Assembly: GCA_046563655.1 (NCBI GenBank)
Contig: CM102283.1
Coordinates: forward strand, 8,370,001-8,434,000
Length of the DNA stretch: 64,000 nt
Reading direction: 5' to 3'
Source: Yuukianura sp. NJ FZ-2021
Taxonomy: Eukaryota
In this document: positions 1 through 13,182 of the stretch, in pieces
Numbering within the stretch: position 1 is the stretch's first letter
Layout of the letters: each line of letters begins with the position of its first letter
Program-made: the position numbers and the translations under genes
The notes under the pieces: generated by a model
What the model saw: the letters and a program-made list of their open reading frames with translations, nothing else
The model's database searches: none
What the model was told of the DNA's origin: nothing

Positions 1-1131
1 CCAACTTCTGAGTATGTTATTTCGCAAGTTGCAGGACCCAGCAGTACAAACACAAACCGAACTGGTATTGGAACCTAATCCAAATTTTGAATTTTCAATT
101 TTTATTTTGAAATTTTGAAAGTTCTGGGAATGTTACCTCAGTGAGTCCAGGCATGAGTATGCCTTCGGCCAATCGCACAAAAGCGACTGCAAGTCCTTTG
201 AGCGTCTCCTGCTCACTGCACAGGATGACGGCAGCTTCGGCTTCTTCCGGAATCCGCCGAACCAAGTGCGACAACTGCCGAATCCCCCGGATATCCTCTA
301 GAGAAAGCAAAGAAATATTTCCAGCACCGCCTGTCTGAAATCACAAAACTCAAATTCAGTTTATTTTCATGTTTTTTTGAAAATACTGAGCCACCTAACC
401 TCTGTTCCTCCAACATCGATTTGATTCATTTCCCTCTCTAAGAAGTTCCAAACTTTTTCAGAATCGTCAACATGACTGTGCTTCAGCAGCAGCGTTTTCC
501 GCACAATTTTCAAATCGCTGGATTCCAGAACTTCCAGGTTATTGACAATTTCTGAAACTATACTTGCCATGTCAGTAGCTTCCAAATCCAAAAGAATTGG
601 ACCTGACCAACAAAATTTCATTTTCAAACCAAACTTTTTGTCTTTTCTAAAAGTTTTTTTCAAAAAATTCAATTTCAAAAAGTTTTTGCCAACCAGCTTC
701 CATAATACGACGGAGGTTAACCAATGAGTGGAAGTTGAGTGCTGGAATGTGCGGTTTGCCCCACCGAGATTCATTTTCTTCCAGCGCTTCTTCGTACTTG
801 ATCCACCGTGATACTTGTCGCCAGCAATCTTGTGACAAAACATGTTGCTCCACAAAAAGCTAAAAATAGGTCACGGTCAGAATCAAAAAGTAAAACATGA
901 AACTTTTTCGTAAAAAGTGCCGTTAGGAAGCTAAAATTTTGAAATTTTGACACCTACCATACGGTCTTCATGCTCGAATTTGCTAAATTTTGTAAGACTT
1001 TCTTTGTCGTCACTAGGTACATCCAGAAACAACTCTCCAAGGTCCAACGTCCTTGAAAATAAGCGCAGATCATTGCAATCTTTTAAACCAACAGAGCGCA
1101 GGCGCAGTTCGTTCTTGGCGTCTGAACCCAT
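1..1131 (-). CDS. SLC4 (band 3/anion exchanger-like) bicarbonate transporter, N-terminal cytoplasmic domain; 3' partial at window edge
   Basis: Exons ~1131-958, 860-694, 602-400, 334-137, 75-1 with GT-AG boundaries give LFVEQHVL..WRQVSRWIKYEEALEENESRWGKPHIPALNFHSLVNLR..RIPEEAEAAVIL..AFVRLAEG..LTEVPIPVRFVFVLLGP. These match the SLC4 cytoplasmic-domain motifs (ARWIKFEE, RWSKPHV, LTEVPVPTRFLFILLGP). Subfamily not resolved. Confidence 0.88.
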
Positions 1132-1418
1132 TAACTGTCACTGTTTACTTAAAAAACACTGATGCTGATGTGTTACTAAAATCTACCAATCAAATTGTTC
1201 TAAAATGGACCAGTTTACAAAAAAAAATGTTTAGAAAATTTACGTTTCAAAAGTTTTGTTTCAAAAACAAAGCATGGGATTTGCTATTAGCAACTTACGA
1301 TAACTTACTTTCATAAGTTATATTTTTTATTTCTACTTTTTTTTAGTTTTGAAATAGTTTGATATCTGACATGCTCGTACTTACTAAATTCAGTGATTGA
1401 AATTTCAGCATTTGACTT

Positions 1419-4400
1419 TTACATTGAGAATGCTGAGTTGTTGCCACACCATTTTGTAATAAATTTTGAAATGGCAGACAGTTCCTTACTGCTGCCACTG
1501 CGCAGTGTTCGAACAAATTTTTGCCAGTCATCTTTGTTCACTTGGCGCCCATTTTCAAAAACAGTTGCACTGTTTAAAAGCACTGGATATCCAGAAATGA
1601 GACACGGTTGAAGCTGGGTCACACCGTTGGTCAAACTACCCTCGTACACTCCACGTTCATCCAGCCGAAGTTCCTGCATTTCAAAAATTATCATTCCGAA
1701 GTTAGAAATTTCGAAATTTCAATTTTGGAAATTCAAATTTGTGCAAAGTTATGTAAACCTCGACAATTGTTTTGTCAGTAGCCGCTGATAGGACCCACTC
1801 CTTAGCTTCTTCGTGTTCATCCTGTGACACAGTGTGTTGTCCCGGCAGAGTACAGAACGCTGGAATGTCAGTTTCAGCGATCGATGAAGAATCTAAAGCA
1901 GAAGTGCTGCTGCGTCCTTCTTCCACTGCGTCAAAAATGTCCAAGTAGCGATTCAAAAACACGAGGGCCATGTTGTTCCAGCGCATGTCCTAAGGATTAG
2001 AAAAAAAAAATTTAGCCGAGTTTTGTCAGAAAATAAAAATTTTTGACAAATTTTTTCGAATTTTCAAAATTTTCTTACTTTGCAGTAAACTCCAGCGTCA
2101 AAGTACGCACGTTCGACTGGAATAGTATCACCGTAGCGCAGAAGCGCGATTGAGATTTTGGTACAAATCGCTTCAAATCCTTTGACTTCACGAAACGCTG
2201 AGCGATTTGTGTACAAATGCAGAACGAACAAGAGGCGATCCAATTCTTCAAATTGGTCAGGTTCAATGTCGGCATTGTTCGTTTCAAGCTGTTTCATCTT
2301 CAAAAATATAAAAATTTCAAAATTTCAAAAAAAAAAACTTCTGTTTTTTTTGAAAATCTTACATATTGAAACAGCATGTCTCTGACCATGACATTACTGT
2401 CATAGTCGTCCAGGTCCGGTTCATTTAAAAAAGCCAAAGCTAAACTCTGGATGATCTTGACATGCGAATGGATCATCGGAACGCCTTCGTTGTAGTAAAT
2501 TTTGATGGCTTTCATTGGCTCTTTTTCTTCAATCATATGCATAGCATATTTCCCAAGGTAGAAACTGTAAGATGTTGAATTCGACTTGGCTTTGTCCAGA
2601 AGTTGGCTCCAGTCGCCTTTCTCCAGAAGTATTTCCAGTGCAGCGTCCAAGTTGACTTGACTGAGCTGCTCCAAACTTCCGGTTTCTTTCAACCATTTAG
2701 TGTGTCTCGCATTCACATATTCTTGAACTCTAAAAGTAAAAAAATCAAAATTTTTACTTAAGAAATTCAAAATCTTTTAGTTGAAAAGTTGAAAATTTTC
2801 AAAATTGCTTACTCTGGATCCATTTCAGACGCCATTTCTTCTGCTTCTTCAAAATGCCCGCCGGTCATCAAAATTTCGAGTCCTTCTTGGATCATGTTTG
2901 CCTCAAAACAGAGACTGGCTGCTTCACGATGTCTGCCCAAGCCAGCAAGGTGTGGACAAATCCGGGACACGACTGATTTGGCATCAACCTATTTCAAAAT
3001 TTTGAAAAGTTTTGAAAAAGTGGTCAAAATTTTGAAAATGAGTTACAATCTTACGTCATCTAGAAACTTGTTGGCCAGTTCTGCTGCTCGTTTCCAGTAA
3101 GTGAGTAAAACTGATTGTTCTTTGGTGTTGCCCGTGTTGAGTTGCAGGTAGAGTTCAATGGCCTTTCCGTTTTGTCCGTAACGTTCGTACTCCTGCGCAC
3201 GACTGATGATTTTACTCGAGTCTCGGCTGGCGATTGGTCCACTGGACTCCATTTCACTTGCGTCGTAAGCTTCTTGTAAGTCGGACATCAGATTAGGTGC
3301 GTACTGCTTGCAAATTCGAAAAGCTTCACTCCACATTCCCTTTTCCTAAAAAAACAAAAACAAAAGTCAAAATTTCAAAAAAAAATCAAAACGTACTTTT
3401 TTTTAAGTTTTCAACTCACTTGATACAACTGGATGATGATATCAACTCGATCGGCTCGCAAGAGAACAGATTCAAACTGAGGATAAGATTCATGTTCAAA
3501 CAGGAATTCTCCGTAACTGACTTGCGCAGACTCCAGCTCACTCGGGCAGTACTCCTCGGCCAATGAAATTGCTTTTTCAAACTGCTGATGCTTGATGTAG
3601 CTTTTTCAAAAAATTGAATTAGAAATTTCAAAAAAAAAAATTACTTTTCAAAAATTGTTACATGTTCACGGCTCCAGCAGGATCGTCAGCCTCCATGTAG
3701 CATTTAACGGCAAACTCAATGTCGCCTTGGTCTTCAGCGTACTTCGCTTGGAGCTTCCGGACACCAGCTACCTTGTCACGGCCCATCAAGTTGGCCAACG
3801 CAGAGGCAAATTCAAACTAAAAAAAAATTTCAAATTTTTTTCAAAATTGAACATTTTTTTGAAAAATGACAATTTTACTTCTTTCTTGTCGCAGTAGTAA
3901 ATGAGACAGTCGTCCAAGAGGTCATGGCGGGAAAGAAGTTTGTAGCCCAAGTCTGGGCCTAAGGTCATTGCCCATTTGTAGACGACACCTTTGGATATGT
4001 CCGGTGGACCATGACTCCGGGAGATCTAAAAAAAATTTTTTTTTCGAAAAACTTTTGAAAATTTATTGAATTTTTTGAAATGCGGGAAAAGCATACACGC
4101 AAAGCATCTTCAAAAAGATTCTGCTCCATGTACATTTCCAGAGCACTTTGATATTGTCCAGCCTTGAGATAATAAATTTCAGCCCCCTTTGTATTGTTTT
4201 CACTCCGAAGTTCCTCGGCGACATGCTGGTATGATGGAGTAAGGTGAGTAGGATGGAACTGCGTGACTAATCGCAGCATATCTTCAAATCTGTTCAGAAT
4301 TTGAACATTTTTGAAAATTGTTCAAAATTTTGAACTAATGGGTATTGACGAGGAACTTACTGTCTGGCATCAGCGTACATCGTAATGGCTTTGTCAGGTT

Positions 4401-7400
4401 GTCCTACTGCGACATACAGTTTTTCAGCGTCCAAGTAGCGTTCGTTTTTTAAACAGTTGCCAGCACGCATGAGCAGCTCAATTTCAAGTTCTTTGCTAAT
4501 TGACGGAATTCTGGAGCCGAGAGCATACGCCTCTTGCCACTTTTCTAAAAATTTGAAACCAAAATTTTGAAAACATGTTTTTCGAAAAGTGACTTTAAAA
4601 CATTACCTTTTTCCAGATACATTTCTACTGCCTTTTTGGCATTTCCAGCTTTCAGGAAACATTTTTCAGCGTTGATGCTGTCGTCAACTGAAGAATAATA
4701 TTCGCCAATGGTAATGTACTCCATTGCCACCGTCCGTGGATCATCGATTACCTTAAATTTCAATTAATCGATTACTTTAAATTTCAATTAATCGATTACT
4801 TTAAAGTATTAAGCACATAAGTTTCGGCTCGACTTACATCAATAATTTGCAGCGCTTTTTCCCATTTTCGTCCAGCGATTGCAGCGTCAAGCGCCAGTCG
4901 CAATTTTCCAGCTTCCACGTAATGGTTGCAGGCCAAATCGTATAACTTTTGACTTTGCAAAAAATTTGCCCATTCCTCCTCAAGTTGCACGACGATATTC
5001 GGAAAATGTTTTTTGGCAATTCGCACAGCTTGCTCAAAATGGTTCGACTTTTTGTAATTTGCACAAGCATTTTCAACATCTCCGACAGCATCAAAGTACT
5101 CCGCAGCTTCAATGAACAGGCCTCTCTCCTGCAGCGATTCTCCAATTCGCTGAATCAGGGTTGTATTGAATTGCATCTTGGAGTAATGCATTTCAATCAA
5201 TCTGAAATTACAAAATTCAAAAAACTGAAATTTCGAAAGATTCAAAAGAAATTTTTTTCGAATATACCGCGCAGCTTTCATGGGCATTCCATTGCTCCAG
5301 AACAGAACGGCGGCCATTTCCGTGTTTCCATTTTCTTCTAAAAAGTCCGCCGCTGCTTCATCTTGTCCAGTTTCCATAAGATAAAGCAAATTTGCTCTAA
5401 CGAGTCCACCAATGTTATTGAAATGCTTTTCAGTAGCCAATCGCATAGCGTCTTTCCACTTGTGGTTCTTCGTGTACCTAGAATTTCAAAATTTCAAAAT
5501 TTTGAAACTCAAAATTTTGGAGTTCTTAAACTTACAAATGAATTGCACTCTCGATGTTATCGTTTTCCAGTAAAATGTGTTCAGCCGTTTTCAAATCGCC
5601 GTTTAAAACGCTGATTCTGGCATTCAGCTCGTTCGCAATCGTATTCTCGTCAACGTTTTTCGAAAATGCAATCTCCGCGTTCTTGATCGTCGTTGAAATG
5701 TATTTCCCTCTAAAACGTTTTTCAAAATTTTCCATTTTTTTTTCGAATTTCGAAATTTCTAAAAATTGATCTGACCTTGCAATGTCACCAGAAGCATAAG
5801 AAGCTCTTTCAGCGATTTTGAGTTCTTGGGCTTCAAGGGCTTCTCTCGAAAGTTGTTTCCACATTGCTGCTTTGTCGCCTTGGAATTCCGATACTTCCAG
5901 AAACAACATTGCCCTTAGAAGATCTCCATCTAAAATGGCCGTTCCAAATTCAATTCGACTTGTGTCTAGAGGCACTTGGTGCACAATGGTTCCATCTTGG
6001 ACTAAAATCAAAGTGTCTTTGGAACTGCGCACAACTTCAAATGCAAGTCCCCTTGCTTCCAGCTCAACAACATCTCCAGGATTGTCTACATTGTACCAAA
6101 CACTGAGACTCAATTTGTTTTGGGCAACGACAACGTCACTATTTGGCACCCACTGGAAAGTGAAAAAGAAATGTAATTTTGAGAAAAAATTTTTTTTGAA
6201 AATTTTTGAAATACTTGACTGTACTTGAACAAAGTTGCACATGTGCATGAGCGCTGTTTTCTCCATTTTCAAAACATCGACCAAGTAGAGACGGAGCTTA
6301 CGATCTCTAAACAGCATTTTGGTTCCAGTTTCGTTCAGTTCCAGCCAATCAACTTTAGCATCGTGATTGATGTGCCCGAGAGAAGTGTTGTAGAACAAAT
6401 CAACTAGGAATTCAAAATTTTTGGTTAAAAACTTTTTCAAAAAACGATTTTTAAAAATTTGTTCATAGTTTTCAAGAAAGTGGTTTACCAATTGTAATAG
6501 TTTGCAAGTCAATCAAGTAAGCCAATTTTTTGTTCTGTTTTGTTTCACCGTCTTTTTGACGCAGACGCTCATTGATTCTGACGCTGACCAAATGGGGATT
6601 GGCAAATTCAGTGCTAAAATTACACAAAAGAAAATTTTCAGTCGAAAAGAAAATTCTTCTTTTTTCTAAATTTTTTTTTTCACAATACCGGAATGTGCCA
6701 AGAGGCTTGTGTTGTCCATATTCGACCAAAGTCATCTCGCCATTGTTGAAAATCATACAAGCATTTGGATTCTCGAAGTAAAATTTTTCGTTGTCATCCA
6801 CATCTTCCCACCGGATTTCACTGGTCATGTCACGGTAAATGTCACCTAACAGGACAAAATCAAAATTTTATGAAAAAGTTGTTCCAAAAATCAAAATTTT
6901 GGTTTTTGATTTCTCACAAATCAGCATTGTCTCCAACGTGTTTCCAATTGCAAAACGGTCGTGTCCAACAATCCGAATTTCCAAAATTTCCAATTTGTAC
7001 ATGGATTTTAAATGGGCTTTTTGCGGTGGATCGGCCATGGTGATGACTGCATGGTACGGCGTTGCATAAGAGATTTCGTACCGATCGTTCTTCAACTTCC
7101 TAAAAAATTGAATATTGAAAATTAAAAATTTTTTTTTTGAAAATTTGAAATTTTCACTTACCGAATGACAGTTTCGAAGAGGTGAAGAGCTCCAACCATC
7201 GTTCCAGTAGCAAGAGCCGTTCCTTCGTTGTTCCAAGCCATGGATGTCACCGTGTACAAGTTTTTCATGTCCACAATTGGTCCTTCTTCCCAAGTTTTCT
7301 TCCGTGGAACCCACCGAATCAGCCGAATTCGGTCGAATCCTCCGAAAGCCACGGCGAGTCCACTCGGACTCCCCGCGGCCGCCACAAAGTCACGGTCAGC

Positions 7401-8782
7401 CTCTACGTGACTGAAATCCAGCACTTGTTTTTGTCTGCCCTGCTCATACACGGAAATTCGGGAGTCACAACTTCCAGCCAGCAGCATTCCACCGCCAAAA
7501 GCTATTGCAAAAGCCGGTAGAGGATTTTGAACAACATATTTCTGAAAAAAAAATCAGAAAAAGTTTTTAAAAAGTTTACAAAAGTTTCCATTTTTTAAAA
7601 ATTATGACTCTCAAAACTCACCATTGCCGGCAAATCCGATTCTCCTAGACCAAAAACCGTAATTTTTCCATCGAGATGCGAACTTGCGAAGAGATTTTGC
7701 TTAGTGCTGAAATTTTGGAAAAAAAAAGTTGGAGGAAACTGAATTTAAAATTTTTAGAATTGTGATTTTTTTTTGCTTTACTTGGATACGAGTGCAATGA
7801 TTTGTGAATCTGGATTGTAGAAAGTGCGACTGCGGAGTCCTTTGGAAGTGCTGGCCAACGGCGTGTGTCGTAACTTTCCGTCCATAAGTCCACTGATGAT
7901 TTCAAATTCATTTGGCCAGAGGACTTTAAGTACCCCAAAGGGCTGCATGATCTTGTTCGAAATGGACTTTTTCAATTTAAACTCTTTTCCAAGTTTGTAC
8001 AAGAAAATGATTCCGTCCGTTTGAGCTACGGCCAATTTAGTAGAGTCTGGAGAAAAAGCAACTGAGGACACAGTGTATGTTGATCCCTAAGTGCAAAAAA
8101 TAACATTGTTCAAGGTTTGCTCAACTTTTTGAAAACAAAATTTTCAAAATTTTATTTTTTTTCAAAACCTTCTTTGGATCCGCAGCTCTTGTGGGGAATC
8201 GATCGCGTTGTTCTCCAGTTTCATCGTAGAGGTAAATCACTTTGTCTTTTCCAGCAGCAGCAAATTTATGATTATTCGGAGCCCAGGCAATTGCCACCAT
8301 TTGATCCAAAGTCTGTTTTCAAAATTCAAAAAACAAAAGAAAATCATAGTTTTCAAAATCCAACGCTTTGTGCGATCTTACATAATTTCCTTTCCCTGGA
8401 ATTGCTTTGATGTGCTCCACACTGTAGTTGTGCGACATTTTAAAAAAAAAATAACTTTTCAAACGTTAAAACTTGCTTTTGAACGAAATAGAAATCGCAA
8501 AAAATAATAAAAATACAAGACCAACGTAGCAAAAAAAAACGTCAATTCTTAACAACTGTACTTTTGTAGCATATCAAAAATTTCGATTTTTGAAAAAAAA
8601 TTTTTTTTTTGTTACATCACGGAATCAAACAGACATTATTTGACGAATCTCCTTGACATTTTTAATTAATTTCAAAATTATGAAAAAACTAAACTTCAAA
8701 ACAGCCGAATGTAAATTTGACTTACCTCGGACGGGTGGACTGTTGGATTTGGAATAAGAGTTCCAATAGGAACTAAATTCAT
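1419..8782 (-). CDS. IFT172: Intraflagellar transport protein 172 (WD40 + TPR/alpha-solenoid), many short exons
   Basis: Exon 1 (8782-8726) splices to 8312: [48 protein letters not shown]. Internal motifs are [44 protein letters not shown] and [13 protein letters not shown]. The C-terminus is [36 protein letters not shown], with stop TAA at 1421-1419. Confidence 0.97.
4743..4805. repeat. 24-bp tandem duplication (~2.6 copies) spanning an IFT172 3' splice site
   Basis: atcgattaccttaaatttcaatta (4743-4766), atcgattactttaaatttcaatta (4767-4790), atcgattactttaaa (4791-4805). Confidence 0.9.
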
Positions 8783-9274
8783 GGTCACTAAATAATAATA
8801 ATTTTCAAAATATCACAACTTAAATTTTTTGAAATTTTTATTCCATTAAGAATCTTACTAGAATACTGGTATCTGGAATATGATGAACTAAACCTTTTGT
8901 TGTGATTGTGTTGTAGTCATGGATTGTCCAAAAGTAAAAGTTCGATTTGCGCATGGTTGAAGAAATCTGCGTGGCTTGAATCTTAAAATATGTGTGCATA
9001 TTAATCGATTTAAGTTCACATAAATTACTAATTACAATTCTAATTAATCGATTATCAGAAGAAAATTACTTATTTAAATTAATTAAATTCTAAGGCACAA
9101 TTTGATTCTCTAATAGTATATACTAAAAAGTTAAATACATAAAACTGATTGTGTGCGTTACATCTCAAGTACATTCGACAGTCCTTGCATTTGGGGGAGG
9201 AGCTACACATTACTAAGTTCCTCTTATTGTTAACTAATGAAACCTACATTTTTAAAATACTGTTTTTACTTCCA

Positions 9275-12200
9275 TTAATTACTTTCTTTTTTGCTCGACT
9301 TTTTTCTACGAAGACTAAAGAAGTGTTTTGATTTCTTCTTTTCAGCAGGAGTGCTTGACTGCTCAACCAAGTCTGGAAGGCAGCGTCTATCACTCGAACT
9401 CGTCTTGTTTTTAGTCTTTGACTCAATTTCGTCAGGCACTCGAACCGTAGAAGGAAGAGTTGCAGTTTCGGTCAGATGAGGCTCCGGTGACGGGGACTTG
9501 GAGGACAGTGAGAAAGAGTTCAACGATTGATTCACTACGAGATCCTGCTCTCGGTCCATTTGGCGATGAAAGTCAAGCCAGTCCACAACTTCATTCCGCT
9601 CGTCCACTACCTTCAGCAGTCTGGAACAACAAAGATTTCAAAAATTAGAAAAATTAGTGGAAACTGCAGACAATTTTGACCTAACGGTAATGTGCAGAAC
9701 CTACTCGTCTAAAAGCTCCTTCTCTGTTTGAGCATCTTCAGGCTTCTTTTGGTTTTCCGGAGTTTCCATCAATACTCTCAGATCAAACTCGATTTGTGCT
9801 TGGCGTTTCTAGAAATAAGTGCAGTGCATATTTAAAAATAAACGAACAACACATAACAAAAATAGTGAAAAACTAACTTCTAAACGATGGCCTCTCGTCA
9901 TGTACTCAAGTTCGGCTTGTCGTCGGATGATCTCGTTTTTCTCTCCGACAATACTGAACAATTGCAGCATCATTTCTTCAACAACTTCTTCATCATTGAA
10001 CTCCTGTTTCAAAAAAAAAGTATGAATTACTTCATCATCTAACATATAAAATAGAGAGCATGCTACGTCTGCGTGCTGGGGCATCGCCCGGGGCTGTTCA
10101 ATCATCATTATTTTTTCGTCTAGGTCTAATCACAACTTTTTTTCATGAGTAATATGTTAGAACGTTAGAAGACGTGATGGTATTTTCAAAAAACAATATT
10201 TTGGAAAAAAATTCGTTTGTCATGAATGAGGAAGTTACATTTTAGAGTTTCTTAAGACAAACTTTTTCCTGTTTCCGGAATTACCGGAAATGTGACTTCT
10301 CCTTAGTATATAACGGATTACTTACGCCTCCGACTTCATGTTTTCTTATGTCCCGCTCCAAGTCCACCCCTTGTCGCTCCAATTCAGCCCTCTTAATATC
10401 CAGATCTTCCAGTTCGAGCTTAATAGACGACTCCGGTATGGGTTCCACATGTCGTCTGGGGGGTGGAGCTCGCCGACTCTTTCTGTAACCACGACGCTGT
10501 TGCATAGTTGAATTTGAGTCTCCAGTGCCTTGTGAAGAAGGCGTTGATTCCACCGGTTTTACTTTTGAAATTAGCGGAACTGATGGTGTCGGTGTACTAG
10601 TTGCTGCAGGAGCTGGGGCTGTCAAGGTCGGCGGAAGTGGAGCTCTTCGTTTCTTGCGAGATCGTACAGAACCGCCTAGACTTTCGCTTAAACTGGAAGT
10701 AGACGAATTGAAGGCTGATGGCACTGATAGGTTATTCAGACTGCTCATAGAATCGTTGACAAGCTCCACTCCATCATCTTCGTCTTCAAATGGATTGTAT
10801 TGTTTGACTTCTGGTTGTTTGCCAGGACTTGGTGACGGTACAGTTACTGCCAAGGCTGTTTCGGGTACCGGTTCATCCGGTTCGTCTTCAAACGGATTTG
10901 GTCCTGGTATGTCCTCTTCTGACTCAAACGGATTCAGATTTGCCGGATAATAAGTATCGTTAAACCAAATAACTTCAGTCGATACGGCTGTACCGGGAGA
11001 TGGCTGATTGTCGACCACATTGGTGTCGATCTTTTTGTTTTCGTTGATAACTGGAGACTGTTGTGGATTAGCTGATTTGGGAGTCTCCAAAAACACCGTT
11101 CTAGGTTTCGTCTGTGGCCTTGGACTAGAAGGCAGCGAAGTTGAGGTCCTACTGGGTGACTGTGCCATTGGAAGCGGTGCTCGTGGTTTTTTCTTACGCA
11201 GAATCGGAGTAATCGGACTTGGCGGAAAGGAAGTACTTGACACTGGAGCTTTGGATTCTGGTTCAGGTTGGACCATTTGAGCAAGAAAGTGAACTTTGGC
11301 TTTTCGAGAAGGAGAGTCCGGACATGATGCTGGAGATGGTGCTTCTTGTGTCTCTTTCGCTTCGTCCATGGCTGGACTAACTTCATTATTGTCCGGAATG
11401 GGAGTAGAGCTCTTAGCGGGAGTTGAAGATTCAAGCTCTTCGGTAGTTGAAAGTGAAAAGTATTCGGAAGTAGTTTCAGCCAAGGTCATAGTTGTAGATG
11501 GAGCAGAGTGAATATCGATTTGACTTGGTGATTCACTTTCGACTGGAGATTTGGGACTGTCCTTGACCTTTCCAAGGAAAGTGAATAGGTTTTTCGGTGG
11601 AGCAACGACGATATCCGATGGCTCCACCTTGACAGGGACATCCGCAGTATTTTGTCTATGAACTAATGATAAGCTAGGACTAGAAGGCTTTGTAGGCGAT
11701 TCCTCTTCCTGTTTCATCTGAAAAGAACATAAAAACTTTTGTTAGTGGAACCCCGTTTAATGTTTTGACCGTAAAATTATTGTAAAGAAGCTCTACTCAA
11801 TTGTTTGGCCCGTCATGCTACTGCTTTTCATGCACATTCATGCGTGTCCGACTTGGTTCCGGTCACGTTACGATAAATTTGAGAACAATGGACCAACCCA
11901 GACCCATTTTCAACTTAAAAATAACGTATACGCGACATTAAACAGAGATACAAACTACTGTATTACCATGAAACTTTAGATGAGGATGCGTTGTATGTAG
12001 TAGATGCTTAGCAAAAGATATCTGAATCGAATTGACCCATCATCTCCAAACTCTTTTCGGCCTTTAGGTATCGGAACATGTAGGAAATTGAAACAAAACA
12101 GTTGCACTTTGACACAATTTCACTATTTATATTATATAAAAAGTTAATCAGACTAACACCAGACATATGTAAATTACCAAAAGACAAAGCAAAGAGGCCC

Positions 12201-13047
12201 AGACAGACGAAAAGAGAGGGTAAGGAGATGATGTTCTAAAAGAGTTCAAACTATATGAGACTCCTTATGTCCAAAAGATGAAGAAATAAGTACTGATAGT
12301 AGCAGTAATTGGTGTAATTCACTGTGAAAGTGCGTAGTAGTAAGTGTGAAACTGAAGAGTAGCCGAAGGGTAATAGAAAGTGTCAGAAGTATAAGAAGGT
12401 CAGAGTTACCTTGAGGGTGGGAGGGGGACTCTGAGGGAGTACTGGCATGTTGGCAGTATCTTCTGGCGTATGAGTATCACTTGGAATATCAAGTCCCTCC
12501 ACTTCCCTTTTAATGTTAAGTGCCGGTGGTGGAGGTCTGGGTGGCTTTGTGGCCTTCTTGAAAGTACTGTAAAATTGAGCCACGTAGGTTAGAACTGAGA
12601 GGCGGTCAGGAACTTTGCTGGCAACCATGTCCTCGGCTTCTAGTAGTGCTGGAATTCCTAGCTCTCGCTCAGCAATTTCTAAAAAAAAAGAGAAAAGTTA
12701 AACTGTCAGCACGAAATGTCATTATTGACAGTTGACTTCCTGCTCATTCCTCTTCTGCTTACCAAATGCCAAGTTGCAGTTGCCTGCTATGTCCGCCGGA
12801 TCCAAACTGTCATAGTCACTATTTGAATAAACTTTTGTTAATCAGGCGTATGTCAACATGAAGTTATGATTAACATTTTGGCTTACATGAGGTCAGGCCG
12901 ATAGCTATGAATCAAGGCACAAAAGGCAAGTCCATCTCTCCAGCTCGTCGTCATGTTCTTCACAGACACACCTTTGTATCCATCAATCGTCTGCTTAGCC
13001 CATAGTTCCAGGCCCATAATGCCCCGTTTCTCTCGTCCAGAAGACAT
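9275..13047 (-). CDS. MICAL-like protein (N-terminal CH domain, NPF motifs, C-terminal bMERB coiled coil); no LIM domain found
   Basis: Exons 13047-12887, 12818-12763, 12678-12410, 11717-10326, 10003-9878, 9808-9705 and 9620-9275 are all phase-compatible. The CH domain reads [73 protein letters not shown]. There are three acidic NPF motifs ([24 protein letters not shown]). The bMERB region reads [47 protein letters not shown]. Confidence 0.88.
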
Positions 13048-13182
13048 AGTACAGTTGATGATACTCGAGACTCAGAACCTGAATGAACACCTAGAGGGCA
13101 TAAACCAGAAAAAAACGTTGTTAATAAATGCAAATGCCGTTCGTCAAGTAGAAAAAAAACGACTCAATATTCAAGAATGAAT

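Noticed and set aside
8382-8421. Possible 40-nt cassette exon (cag|...|gtaaga) in IFT172 intron 1
   Set aside because: It would shift the frame, and exon 1 already joins exon 2 in frame. No other support.
10067-10093. Possible in-frame 27-nt microexon (PRAMPQHAD) in a MICAL-like intron
   Set aside because: The donor gtagca is weak and there is no polypyrimidine tract. It cannot be supported without RNA data.
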